Source: an uncultured virus (IMG/VR IMGVR_UViG_3300046692_000582) (taxonomy: Duplodnaviria > Heunggongvirae > Uroviricota > Caudoviricetes). Taken from it: 64,000 bases of DNA. The position numbers and the translations under genes were made by a program. The notes below the pieces were generated by a model that saw only the letters and a list, made by a program, of their open reading frames with translations, had not been told where the DNA came from and did not search any database. The stretch lies in IMG/VR virus record IMGVR_UViG_3300046692_000582. One strand, 5' to 3'. Below are positions 27,925-37,469 of this stretch, one piece after another; position 1 is the stretch's first letter, and the number at the start of each line of letters is the position of its first letter.

Positions 27925-28545
27925 ATGAATTCAAGAGATTTGATCAAAGACCACGTGCTGCTCAATGTAACTGATCGCGTGAAAGAGCTGTTTGAACTTG
28001 GAACTCTTGAGCAAGAAAAGAATTTTGATGGGAAATTCAACTGCAAGCGCGCTCTCCGTGAAAATGGCTGGGTTTGGGACGAAGTCGGAGAGTACTTTTT
28101 TAGCGCAGGTGGTGGAACCAGCTTTGCGGAATTTGAACGTGACCTGTGTGAAGATCTGGGCCTGATCCCTGCTGAGCACTTTACGCTGCCATTGGAGTAC
28201 CACCTTGTAAGTCCACTACTGGCGGAAGCGCTGCTCAATCGCCGCGAGACTGTACTGTCACCGGCAGGCACGGACGAGCAGTTTTGGGGGCGCATGGCGA
28301 CCAATCGTGCGATTCACCTTGATCCTATCATTCGCTCCATTGCCGAACTGATGGACGCAGTGGATCTCTCATATGTTGAGGACTCTGAGCTGGTTGATCT
28401 GGATCTTGAGGATGAAACCGTGGTGGCCAGCGATACCCGAGACAATGACGAATCTTCTGAAGACATCCCTGATGACGAGGATGAGGATGAGGATGAGGAT
28501 GAGGAATCAGATTCAGCTCAATCGGAAAAGGCATTCGTGGCCTAA
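27925..28545 (+). CDS. hypothetical protein with an acidic tail
   Basis: AAGGA SD; DE-repeat C-terminus. Confidence 0.7.
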   Translation: MNSRDLIKDHVLLNVTDRVKELFELGTLEQEKNFDGKFNCKRALRENGWVWDEVGEYFFSAGGGTSFAEFERDLCEDLGLIPAEHFTLPLEYHLVSPLLAEALLNRRETVLSPAGTDEQFWGRMATNRAIHLDPIIRSIAELMDAVDLSYVEDSELVDLDLEDETVVASDTRDNDESSEDIPDDEDEDEDEDEESDSAQSEKAFVA

Positions 28546-28555
28546 TTCTATGGAC

Positions 28556-28588
28556 ATAAAAAGCCCAGGCAGCGCCTGGGCTTTTTAT
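28556..28588. terminator. bidirectional terminator
   Basis: ATAAAAAGCCCAGGC-agc-GCCTGGGCTTTTTAT between convergent genes. Confidence 0.85.
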
Positions 28589-28597
28589 TTGCGGTGA

Positions 28598-29629
28598 TCA
28601 GTAACCCCGGTGATTCATTAGGCGTCCCCAGGCGTTCACCAGTGCAGTCTCCAGAACGGTCGTGGCCGTCAGCCCCATGCGATTCATCAGGCCCTTGGTC
28701 TTCGGCGCCTTGTAGGTCAGAAGAAGCAGATCACGCGATTTTGCACATTTGGCCAAGTATTCATCACTGGTGCCGATTTCATCGGACAGATTCTTATCAA
28801 TGGCTTCCAGACCGAACCACGCTTCACCGGTCGACACATCTTCGATGTTCACGGATGGGCGATATTGTGTGACATGAGTTTTGAACAGTTCGTGGACGGT
28901 ATTGATCTCTTGCTGGAACTTTTCTCGACCGGCAACCGTGTTTTCACCCATGGTGGTCAGGGTTCGCTTGTGCGCGCCAGCGGTCATCAACTCAACATCA
29001 ATTTCATGCTTTTTCAGCAGGCGATTAATGTTCGGAATTTGCGCCACGACACCAATAGAGCCCAAAACTGCAAAAGGAGCGCTGATGATTTTGGTGCCAA
29101 TACTGGCCATCATGTACCCGCCGCTGGCTGCAATTTTGTCAACGCAGATGGTCAGGGGGATGCCCGCATCACGAATGCGCGCCAATTGACTAGAAGCAAG
29201 GCCATAAGCATGTACCGCGCCACCTGGAGATTCCAGTCGGACAACGACTTCATCTTTGTTCGTGGCATTGCCAAGCAACGCGGTGACTTCGTGCCGCAGG
29301 TTTTCTAGACTGGAGGCTTGGGTATCCCCAACGAAGTCCAAAACAAAAACACGAGTCTTTTCAGGCTCGCTGACTTTCTGTTTTTTTGCCAATTTCTCGG
29401 CTTTTTTGAGTGCTTTGAAATCCGCACTTTCAAACCGGGAATGCGTAATGGCGTCGTGCAGATGCTTATAAAAATCGTTGAGGGAAGTCACCTTCAACGT
29501 GCCGGTTTTCTTGTTTCCACCCTTGATAAACGACCCGGTTATGATCGCAGCCACAACAATAAAGGCAATGACAAACGTGATGGTTTTGGCGAGAAAGCCC
29601 GCGTAGCTATACAGAAATTCCAAAGTCAT
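28598..29629 (-). CDS. sohB: SohB, S49-family protease
   Basis: N-terminal TM helix, RLESPGGAVHAYGLASSQL, AASGGYMMA, GSIGVV, TAGAHKRTLT. Confidence 0.93.
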   Translation of the reverse strand: MTLEFLYSYAGFLAKTITFVIAFIVVAAIITGSFIKGGNKKTGTLKVTSLNDFYKHLHDAITHSRFESADFKALKKAEKLAKKQKVSEPEKTRVFVLDFVGDTQASSLENLRHEVTALLGNATNKDEVVVRLESPGGAVHAYGLASSQLARIRDAGIPLTICVDKIAASGGYMMASIGTKIISAPFAVLGSIGVVAQIPNINRLLKKHEIDVELMTAGAHKRTLTTMGENTVAGREKFQQEINTVHELFKTHVTQYRPSVNIEDVSTGEAWFGLEAIDKNLSDEIGTSDEYLAKCAKSRDLLLLTYKAPKTKGLMNRMGLTATTVLETALVNAWGRLMNHRGY

Positions 29630-29745
29630 ATCCTTGTAAAAGAAAAGCGCGCAAGGAGTGCGCGCTGTATTTGGCTTAAATTATAGTAAGCAACACTGAC
29701 ATTTGTCAATATTATTGTACGAAACTCAAGTCCATGGACCCCGCC

Positions 29746-30549
29746 TTACATTTCAAAAAATGACGACATGTCAAAGGCGCGGGGCTTAGAAAGCCTTGGT
29801 TGCTCGGGGATTGGATTGCCAACAAAGCCGGGCTGGTAGGTGAACAGATCGTTCTCAAGGCGGTACGAAACGGCATCAAGCTTCATAACATCGCCGCTTT
29901 GAATGGATCGGACTTCAGTCACGCCCGGCTCCAATTTAACAAAGGGCATTTCGTACCAGGGCTTGATGGTGTTGCTGTTAAAGTGATCCTGACCAATTAG
30001 CTGTACGGTCTTGCAGTCCAGTTCATGAACAAACTTGGTTGGAATGGTGATTTCTGCAACCTTCTTGAAGTAGCCCTGCTCATCAAGTTGTTTGGTCGCT
30101 TCATAATTGCCAGCCTGCACTTTTTCAACCAGCTTGTCATCCGGTGCCAAGGGGTCGTGCTGATAAATACTGATGGTTTGTGTGTACAGTTCCTGAACAG
30201 CTTTGTCGAACAGAGAAGCTTTGTCAGGGCTAAAGCCAAACGCACCTTCTGCCAGCAATGCAACTTTCTGAAGCATGCTCACCAGCTCTGGCGAAGATTC
30301 TTGTTGAACATAACGAAGGTTCAGGTTCCCAGAGACAAGACGCCGTGCCACAGAAATTTCTTCTGGCTCATGATCTTTAACTTTAGCTACGTACTGACTG
30401 GCGGTATCAGTTGTATTGTCCGTGAGAAAATAACGCACAATGGGTCCATTCTTTTCGTCCGCAGAAACATGGCGAGTATGTGCTTGACCATTGACCAAAC
30501 TTAATTTTACAAGGTCGATGATTTCTTGAATTTCTTGATGTTGGCTCAT
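29746..30549 (-). CDS. hypothetical protein, tandem paralog
   Basis: EPEEISVARRLVSGNLNL..PELVSMLQK. Confidence 0.7.
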   Translation of the reverse strand: MSQHQEIQEIIDLVKLSLVNGQAHTRHVSADEKNGPIVRYFLTDNTTDTASQYVAKVKDHEPEEISVARRLVSGNLNLRYVQQESSPELVSMLQKVALLAEGAFGFSPDKASLFDKAVQELYTQTISIYQHDPLAPDDKLVEKVQAGNYEATKQLDEQGYFKKVAEITIPTKFVHELDCKTVQLIGQDHFNSNTIKPWYEMPFVKLEPGVTEVRSIQSGDVMKLDAVSYRLENDLFTYQPGFVGNPIPEQPRLSKPRAFDMSSFFEM

Positions 30550-30609
30550 TAAATGCCCCTGTCTTTTTGTACATTATAGCACGATGACCGTGGCTTCAAA
30601 AAACAGGCA

Positions 30610-31341
30610 TTAATTAAAGCTTGGACCTGAAAACGCTAATTGTGCAATTAATATCTTTGGATCATACAACCCAACAAACTTTTTCAATTTCCTTCCCTCT
30701 CGGCAATAAGCCATTCCATCTACTTTGATAACATCGGCCCATGAGGGGCGCCTTAATTTTGTGCTGTTTGGAATCTGTTGAAGTTCCTTATTGGCATATG
30801 CCTTCTCTAAGGCAATCCGATATGTATCGCGATGATTGAGTTGGTCCAGCATGGCATACGTTCCGACATGCTGATAATAACCGAGTCGATCCAGCTTGTT
30901 GATTTCTCTGGGATGACCCCACGGGTGGTGCTTAATCACCTTGTTGATCAATGCTTTTCGCTCATCCAAAACATAGACGTCAATGTTTTTTCCATAAATG
31001 CTCCAGACGGCCTCATTGAACATGGACTTGTCCAAAATGGTTTGTAGGCTTTCATCACGGGACAACTCTTCAATTTTTCTCAATGAATTAACAAGCTCGG
31101 GATTTAGCTCTTCCGCAATTCGATCCAGGTCCAGACGCCCTGCCAATAAGCGTCGGGCAATGGCCACTGCTTTCGGTTCTTCTGGTCGCAGATCACAAGC
31201 GTATTTAAGTGACTTATTGCTGTTGGACAGGCAAAACAAAACCTGTTCATCGCGTTTTTTAAGAGAAGGAGCTTGAGTCCATGCCAACTCACTGGACAGG
31301 CAGTTTGAAACAAGTTCAATGGCGTCTTTGATTGCTTGCAT
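30610..31341 (-). CDS. hypothetical protein, tandem paralog
   Basis: EPKAVAIARRLLAGRLDL..PELVNSLRK. Confidence 0.7.
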   Translation of the reverse strand: MQAIKDAIELVSNCLSSELAWTQAPSLKKRDEQVLFCLSNSNKSLKYACDLRPEEPKAVAIARRLLAGRLDLDRIAEELNPELVNSLRKIEELSRDESLQTILDKSMFNEAVWSIYGKNIDVYVLDERKALINKVIKHHPWGHPREINKLDRLGYYQHVGTYAMLDQLNHRDTYRIALEKAYANKELQQIPNSTKLRRPSWADVIKVDGMAYCREGRKLKKFVGLYDPKILIAQLAFSGPSFN

Positions 31342-31445
31342 GAAATTACTCTCCTGGGTAATCCATTATACCATTCAATATTAATTAACTAAAAACAAAG
31401 CCCGCATCGAGGCGGGCTTTGTGTTAAATCGGTTAAATTTTGAAA

Positions 31446-31781
31446 TCAATCGTTCGGGTACAAATCGTCGTCATCGTCACTGCCAGGACGAATCAAGCTC
31501 CATGGGATCACGATTTGGTCATCCACCACCTCGAAGCCACTGTTATTGTTCATTACATAGGCCTGACGCAACGTGCCCTCTTCAATATCGACGTAGTATT
31601 CAATGTCGAAATCTGGATTCGAATGGAAGGCCTTGTAAATGGAGCTGGACTCTTCACCGAATTCAGAGCCCTGAATTCGAAAGTCTTCCCACTCCAGTTT
31701 AGTCGGCCCGTTATCCTGATTCGGGTCTACTGGCACTTCTACTTCGACCCGAACATCAATATAACCTTCAAGACTCATCAT
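31446..31781 (-). CDS. acidic hypothetical protein
   Basis: GGAGG SD; hairpin 31398-31420 downstream. Confidence 0.65.
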   Translation of the reverse strand: MMSLEGYIDVRVEVEVPVDPNQDNGPTKLEWEDFRIQGSEFGEESSSIYKAFHSNPDFDIEYYVDIEEGTLRQAYVMNNNSGFEVVDDQIVIPWSLIRPGSDDDDDLYPND

Positions 31782-31887
31782 TGCCTCCGGTACTGGATAG
31801 GAGATGCATTATCGCGATAACACATCATAGGTCGGAAAGGGCTGATGTCAAAAATGGCTTCAGCAAACGCTGAAATACACTCACTGA

Positions 31888-32083
31888 CTATTCTCCCTGG
31901 GTGGATTGCAGAAAGGCAGCTATTTCATCGGATGACAGAATTCGAGATTCCACATGGCGAATCGAGTTGTCCGACATGATTTCAATATAGCGCCACTTGG
32001 TGCTTTCAATTTGTTGCCCAGGCTCAAGCGCTAGGGCCCAATAAGGAAATCGTTTTTTTCACGGTGAGCTGTTGTTGGACCAT
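31888..32083 (-). pseudogene. small gene broken in an A7 run
   Basis: promoter, GGAGAGG SD, MVQQQLTVKK, then a one-base shift into RFPYWALALEPG...QGE*. Confidence 0.45.
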
Positions 32084-32722
32084 GACAAAGAACCTCTCCG
32101 CTGATGTTTGCCGGGTCGGTGATCATAAAGCCCCGCTCTGGGATGTCAATGCGAATTCATCGGTCAAAGCGGTCACAATGAGGTCGTAGGCATGGGCCTG
32201 TCATTGGGGCCATTTACTCATTGCGTGCTCAATGGAAGAGACTGACATTGATATGTGTATAGACTTGCCGTCTCAGTCGGTCAGAGCGCTGTTGCGAGCG
32301 TGTCAGAGGATGAAGAGGCAGAACCCAGATCGTCCGCACTGGAAAAGTCGTGTGTGAGCCTTGCAGCTCGATTGGAGTCGCTTCGCCACAGCAACTGCTG
32401 GAAAGGCAGTGGTGCTGTATATGTATCCTTCAGCAATCTGTTCTGCGTCTGAGGATTAATCGGGTGAGTGTCTTTCGGAGTAATGGCAACCAGATTCAGA
32501 TAGAGTACGGACGATGATCTTGAATAACCTAATTTTAGCCACAATTTCAAGCGATTCCCATGCATCGAGTAATGCCTAGTATATCAATGCCGGTGCCGGT
32601 GCCTTAATCGGCAATCTACTACATCGCTCCGTTGTCGCGGAATATCCCAGTGTTTACGTCTTCCTTAGTGGCAATCATGAGCTTGGTCTTATATAATTTT
32701 TCAAACTTATGGAAAACCACCT

Positions 32723-33571
32723 ATGCATGCATATCTCTCTCTTCTTTTAACTGTAGCCGTATTTGCTTGCGGTGCATTAGCGCTGATCGACATCTTCATC
32801 TTGGCTCCTCGCAGGAAAGCCGCAATTGCTAAATACCAGAGTATCGTAACAACGCAGGATGCTGGTGCACTGGAAAAGCTTCGTCACACTCCAGCTGTAT
32901 TTAAGTTAGGAAAGGCATATTTTCCCGTACTGGCTATCGTCTTTCTGATTCGCTCATTCGTGGCAGAACCTAACGTAATTCCTTCAGGATCGATGATACC
33001 AACGCTTGAGATTGGCGATTTCATATTGGTCAACAAGTTTGCTTATGGAATTAGGCTGCCTGTAATCAACAAGAAGGTAATACCGATTGGCGATCCTCAA
33101 CGCGGAGATGTAATGGTCTTTCGTTTTCCATCCGATCCAAGCGTGAACTACATCAAACGAGTCATTGGGCTTCCTGGTGACAGGATTCGCTATACTTCTG
33201 ATAAGCACCTATTTGTGAATGATCAGTTGATCACTGATGACCTCATCAGCACCTACTCTGACAGCATAATGGGAAAGATTGATGTCTTCAAAGAGAAGAT
33301 TGGCAACGCTGAACATCTGATTCATAAGTCGATGCGTGCAACACCAGCAGGAGAGTGGGCTGTTCCAGAAGGACATTATTTCATGATGGGAGATAATCGC
33401 GATAACTCCAATGATAGCCGGTTCTGGGATGACCCGAGCATACCCAAGGAAATATTGGGCATGGTTCCTGACAAAAACATTGTGGGTAAAGCCTCACTTG
33501 TTTTGTTTAACTGGCCAAATCCGAAGCTTAGCCATCTGCCAACGCTTTCGAGTGCAGGCCTGATCAAATAA
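32723..33571 (+). CDS. lepB: signal peptidase I
   Basis: two TM helices, IPSGSMIPTL (Ser), YIKRVIG (Lys), MMGDNRDNSNDSR. Confidence 0.96.
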   Translation: MHAYLSLLLTVAVFACGALALIDIFILAPRRKAAIAKYQSIVTTQDAGALEKLRHTPAVFKLGKAYFPVLAIVFLIRSFVAEPNVIPSGSMIPTLEIGDFILVNKFAYGIRLPVINKKVIPIGDPQRGDVMVFRFPSDPSVNYIKRVIGLPGDRIRYTSDKHLFVNDQLITDDLISTYSDSIMGKIDVFKEKIGNAEHLIHKSMRATPAGEWAVPEGHYFMMGDNRDNSNDSRFWDDPSIPKEILGMVPDKNIVGKASLVLFNWPNPKLSHLPTLSSAGLIK

Positions 33572-33700
33572 GCTAATCCAGCGCTCATATCAAATTTGAA
33601 CATGCAAATAAAATAGGGTGGCTTACTAGCCTCCCTATGTTATTCAATAACAGTGGTGCACACCTAACACATTTATTGGCCCCACTTAATCTTACTTCCT

Positions 33701-33937
33701 TTACGATTGGCGATAAGTGACGTTGCGGCTGTCGTCAGGATCAATCCTTAACAGGTATTTTTCCCGACACGACTCAAAACCACGCGGCAGACGGTTGTTT
33801 GGAGAAAGGCGTTCCAAGTGCTTTGTCCAATATTCTTTCCATGTGCCCTGCGGCCTCGTCAATTCTTCGACTACCATTCCAGACACGATGGTTTTGCCTG
33901 AACCGATTTTGTCGAATCTGATGCTATTTTTTTGCAT
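33701..33937 (-). CDS. small protein of the PNNRLPRGF family
   Basis: AAGGAGG SD; paralog of 52272..52574. Confidence 0.65.
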   Translation of the reverse strand: MQKNSIRFDKIGSGKTIVSGMVVEELTRPQGTWKEYWTKHLERLSPNNRLPRGFESCREKYLLRIDPDDSRNVTYRQS

Positions 33938-33960
33938 TTTGACCTCCTTTCAATGCCGAT

Positions 33961-34806
33961 CTAGCTGAAGAATGCTTTCCAAATCCCTAGTCCAACCATG
34001 CCTGCGACCAGCAATGGAACAGACCATGCAGCTATCTTACTGGCCCACTGACTCAATGCCCAGCGAAGCGGTTTGGACTCAATACGGCGGATGCTGTAGA
34101 TCAGATGATCCGCTGCCCGCTGTCGATGGGCGAGTTCGGCGCAGGCATGATCAGCCTTATGGGCCAATGCACCCAGGTAAGCCATAACATCCACTTCTTG
34201 AATGTTCTGTTTCCAGGTCTCGACGTTCACTAGATCTCTGGCCAGCATAGGCCTGGACAAGCCCTCCTCGTGCTCAGGGTCCTTGTAGTCAAACACGATA
34301 TTGAACCGTTCATAAAAACGATTACGTCGCGCCTTGTTGGATTTAGTCGCCTGACCACTCAACAACTCAATAGAGTTGACCTGGGCGTCTGGCCATTGCT
34401 TGACCCACTGGACAATTTCGTTGAAAAAAAAGGTGCCAATGCGCTGACCTTTCAGCTCTGAAAAATCCAGTGCAACCAGCCCCTTAGCATTGGAACCTGA
34501 AGTCAAAGATACGGTGTTTGTTCTGCGGGTATACGAGGCCATAAATGGATTGCGGTGCGCTGCATCTTTACTCGCCCGATGCGTCAGTCTCTCGTAACTG
34601 ATCGTCAGCTGAGCGCCCTCAAGAACGCCATCTTGGTCGTACTTAAGCACCTCTTCTCGCTCATAAATGATTTGTGCCAGCGGATCAACGCTTTTGGCAT
34701 CCTGCTTATCGCGTACTTCGAGGATTTGCATGCGAGGTTTGATCGACCCCTCGGCGCTCCAGGTTGTTTTGAACGATGGCAGGATCATGACTGATTGCGA
34801 CCTCAT
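33961..34806 (-). CDS. GNAT-like protein with a C-terminal membrane anchor
   Basis: LKGQRIGTFF and RRNRFYERF motifs; terminal hydrophobic helix. Confidence 0.6.
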   Translation of the reverse strand: MRSQSVMILPSFKTTWSAEGSIKPRMQILEVRDKQDAKSVDPLAQIIYEREEVLKYDQDGVLEGAQLTISYERLTHRASKDAAHRNPFMASYTRRTNTVSLTSGSNAKGLVALDFSELKGQRIGTFFFNEIVQWVKQWPDAQVNSIELLSGQATKSNKARRNRFYERFNIVFDYKDPEHEEGLSRPMLARDLVNVETWKQNIQEVDVMAYLGALAHKADHACAELAHRQRAADHLIYSIRRIESKPLRWALSQWASKIAAWSVPLLVAGMVGLGIWKAFFS

Positions 34807-34911
34807 AGTCTTTGGCGGGAATCGAGGGTAGCATCAATTTGCGATGCTGTACGGATAGCCAGTTATGAGTCTGGTAGGGGTGATGGTTTGGGCACCACGT
34901 CACCGAGTTAC

Positions 34912-35112
34912 TTATTCGGCGAAGTCGGCGCATTGCTCAGGACTGAACCACTGGAACGACAAGCGCCGCCAAGGTTTGAACTGCCAGTATTTACCTTTTA
35001 GGAAGCAGTAACGCACTCCAAACCTTTTGATCTGGAGTTCGTAGCACGTTGCTCCCTTCATAACGATGGATGGACGCCAAAATTGCTTCCACAGGTTTCT
35101 GATCAACTCCAT
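34912..35112 (-). CDS. small hypothetical protein
   Basis: GAGGAG SD. Confidence 0.5.
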   Translation of the reverse strand: MELIRNLWKQFWRPSIVMKGATCYELQIKRFGVRYCFLKGKYWQFKPWRRLSFQWFSPEQCADFAE

Positions 35113-35142
35113 ATAATGCTCCTCGACATCACACTCATAGAC

Positions 35143-35688
35143 TCAATGGCGCGCACTGCTGACTTCGCCTTCAATGTAAATGCCATGACTCATAATCTCA
35201 TCGATTTGACGAGCACTGGAGCGGTAACCACTCCAGAAGGCGTTCATCAAATTGACTACAAAGGGCGTATTGTCATCCTGCATGCTGTCGAGAATGGACA
35301 GGCTAAAGGTAGACAGAACATCTTTTCGAATTGACTCGCGCAAGTGCACGCGACGTTGATGCTCGTCCACCACATCGTAGTCGGGCTGATTATTTTCATG
35401 ACCGAAAGAAAAATCGACCAGACCATTGCCCAGGTTAGTCAGTGTCCAACTGTCTCGTGCGTAGGTCACGCGTGCTGCTTGCTGAGAAACAAACAACTTG
35501 GACGCGAACATGTCTTGCGCCTGCTCAGTCTCTGCCTTCAGCAGTTGCCGGGCGGTCTTATGTGCATGATTGGTCACTACTGGGTGCAGTATTGTCGCCA
35601 GAAAGCGCTCCAGCGAATCGTTATCCATGGTGCTCAACAGTTGAGACTCGAACACGAGGTGGATACGAAAAGGGCTGTTATTGCGCAT
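35143..35688 (-). CDS. hypothetical protein
   Basis: AAGGA SD; no YoeB/RelE-like features seen. Confidence 0.65.
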   Translation of the reverse strand: MRNNSPFRIHLVFESQLLSTMDNDSLERFLATILHPVVTNHAHKTARQLLKAETEQAQDMFASKLFVSQQAARVTYARDSWTLTNLGNGLVDFSFGHENNQPDYDVVDEHQRRVHLRESIRKDVLSTFSLSILDSMQDDNTPFVVNLMNAFWSGYRSSARQIDEIMSHGIYIEGEVSSARH

Positions 35689-35715
35689 GAAAATTCCTTA
35701 AGACGACAAATGAGA

Positions 35716-35997
35716 TCAGTGAGAAGCGACTGGTGCGGCCAGGGAGCCCACTGGTAGTTCAATGGACATGACATTACCAGATTTGTGCTGCTCGATGGAC
35801 TTAGTCAGGCGCTCAGCATTGGCTGGAGACTTCATCAAGTGCTCGGTCTCTTTCATGCTGTTGTACGTGGCCAGTGAAATGAGCACAACTGGCTCACCGC
35901 TTGGACGGGTGATGACGAGTGGCTCGCCTGAGGCGCAAACATCGTCCATGTGTTGCTTCAGGTTGGCGCGTGCGACGCTGATTCGTACAGTTTCCAT
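35716..35997 (-). CDS. yefM: YefM/Phd-family antitoxin
   Basis: ARANLKQHMDDV..PLVITR..VVLISL..ETEHLMKSPANAERLTKSI. Confidence 0.88.
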   Translation of the reverse strand: METVRISVARANLKQHMDDVCASGEPLVITRPSGEPVVLISLATYNSMKETEHLMKSPANAERLTKSIEQHKSGNVMSIELPVGSLAAPVASH

Positions 35998-36057
35998 AAT
36001 GATGTGATTCCGTGCTGTGAAAATGTGATGGATAATTGAGATAATTTGCTGCTGGTG

Positions 36058-36366
36058 TTATTGGATGATCCCTGCTGCTCGACATGCTTTTTGCCAATAG
36101 CGTTGAGATCGAGCATCTTTTCCTGGGTGTATCGAATCAGTGTTCCAGTCGCCTGTACGCATGTTTTGCTCCGCTTCAGAGCTAAGCCAGCGTGGCGTAC
36201 CAGTCGAATCAGAAGGGTAAACAAAGCCGCGATTCTGAATCAGATCCACGACCTCTTTGAACGAGTGCGGCTCATCTTGCCAGTGAAACCCACGGTCGCA
36301 AGCATCGCCATTGGCGGCACTCTCTTCACTCACCGTTTCGAAGGTTTTGGACAAAAGAATTGGCAA
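36058..36366 (-). CDS. hypothetical protein
   Basis: KTFETVSEESAANGD motif; promoter TTGACA(36454)-17-TATATT. Confidence 0.65.
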   Translation of the reverse strand: MPILLSKTFETVSEESAANGDACDRGFHWQDEPHSFKEVVDLIQNRGFVYPSDSTGTPRWLSSEAEQNMRTGDWNTDSIHPGKDARSQRYWQKACRAAGIIQ

Positions 36367-36495
36367 GCTAACCCCCTGGTTTTATCTTCCGAGCATCACC
36401 TGCCGATAACGGCAGCGCTATTTGATTGAAAATATACCAGGGAGCACTACTTATGTCAATATTAATGGCGAATAATGTACAAGTTTTTTGTACAA

Positions 36496-37380
36496 TTAGA
36501 CAAACATCAGTGTGCGGTGCCCTTGCTCGTCCGGCACGACCTTGTTGGTCATCTTCAGAAGATCATCTTCGCTCGGGCAGCAATTGCGTCTCCAAGACTC
36601 AATAGCCCATGGGTTGCTGACCACCACGAGGGTAGGTTCTGCGCGGTGCAGTGTGCGTACGACCTCTTTGACGTCCGGGTGTGAAGGCGGCAGTGAGACA
36701 AAATACACGTCAGATGCATCGTAGTCTGACGTGACAATGGTTTCTTTATGAATGTCAAAATTATGCAGCGGCAGATTCGAGTGAACGACATCGAACCCTA
36801 TGCCTTCCAAAAACTCAATCTGGTGAAGTGCATGATGAATCTGTTGCATTATATAACAATGCATTTCAAGAATTTTACTCCTTTCCTTTTTTAATCCATC
36901 GTGGGTTTCATTAAGGTATTCAAAGTATTCTGTCAGTGCTTGATACACTTTGTCTTTTTCGATTTCAGTATGGCGCCGCTCTATCCAATCCAAAGTTCTC
37001 TCTAAGCCTTCATACTGCATGCGGGTCATCCATTCCATGCTGTTGGCATTCACACGCGCATGGTCGCGTGCGTTCATGCCCATCATCAGCGTTAACTCGG
37101 CTACCTTTAGAATTCGGGGCTTAAGAATTGGCGTGTGAGTCTCAAGTCGCAAGAATCTCACAAAAATATCGAGGGCCTTGGCTTTGTTCTTCAGGTAGAA
37201 AAAACTTTTGACGTGTCGGGGAAGTGTATCTCGCTCGGTCAGTACCATATTCATGACGTTATCGCTCGCCTTTGATGTGTTTAAGTTCAGGTGTCTGGTT
37301 TTTATTTTTAGAATGGAGCGGCATGTAGTAATACCTTCATCATCTTCCATAATTATATTCGATTGAGCACAACGATCCAA
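36496..37380 (-). CDS. hypothetical protein (start uncertain)
   Basis: long ORF. Confidence 0.65.
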   Translation of the reverse strand: MDRCAQSNIIMEDDEGITTCRSILKIKTRHLNLNTSKASDNVMNMVLTERDTLPRHVKSFFYLKNKAKALDIFVRFLRLETHTPILKPRILKVAELTLMMGMNARDHARVNANSMEWMTRMQYEGLERTLDWIERRHTEIEKDKVYQALTEYFEYLNETHDGLKKERSKILEMHCYIMQQIHHALHQIEFLEGIGFDVVHSNLPLHNFDIHKETIVTSDYDASDVYFVSLPPSHPDVKEVVRTLHRAEPTLVVVSNPWAIESWRRNCCPSEDDLLKMTNKVVPDEQGHRTLMFV

Positions 37381-37469
37381 GTATTGAAGTCATCTGTTCT
37401 TCCGTATTGAAAGCAAAAACGCCATCAACTTACTTAGGCTGATGGCGTTATGGCTGCATATTTAATTAA

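Noticed and set aside
28471..28504. GATGAG tandem repeat
   Set aside because: It simply encodes the Asp-Glu tail of 27925..28545.
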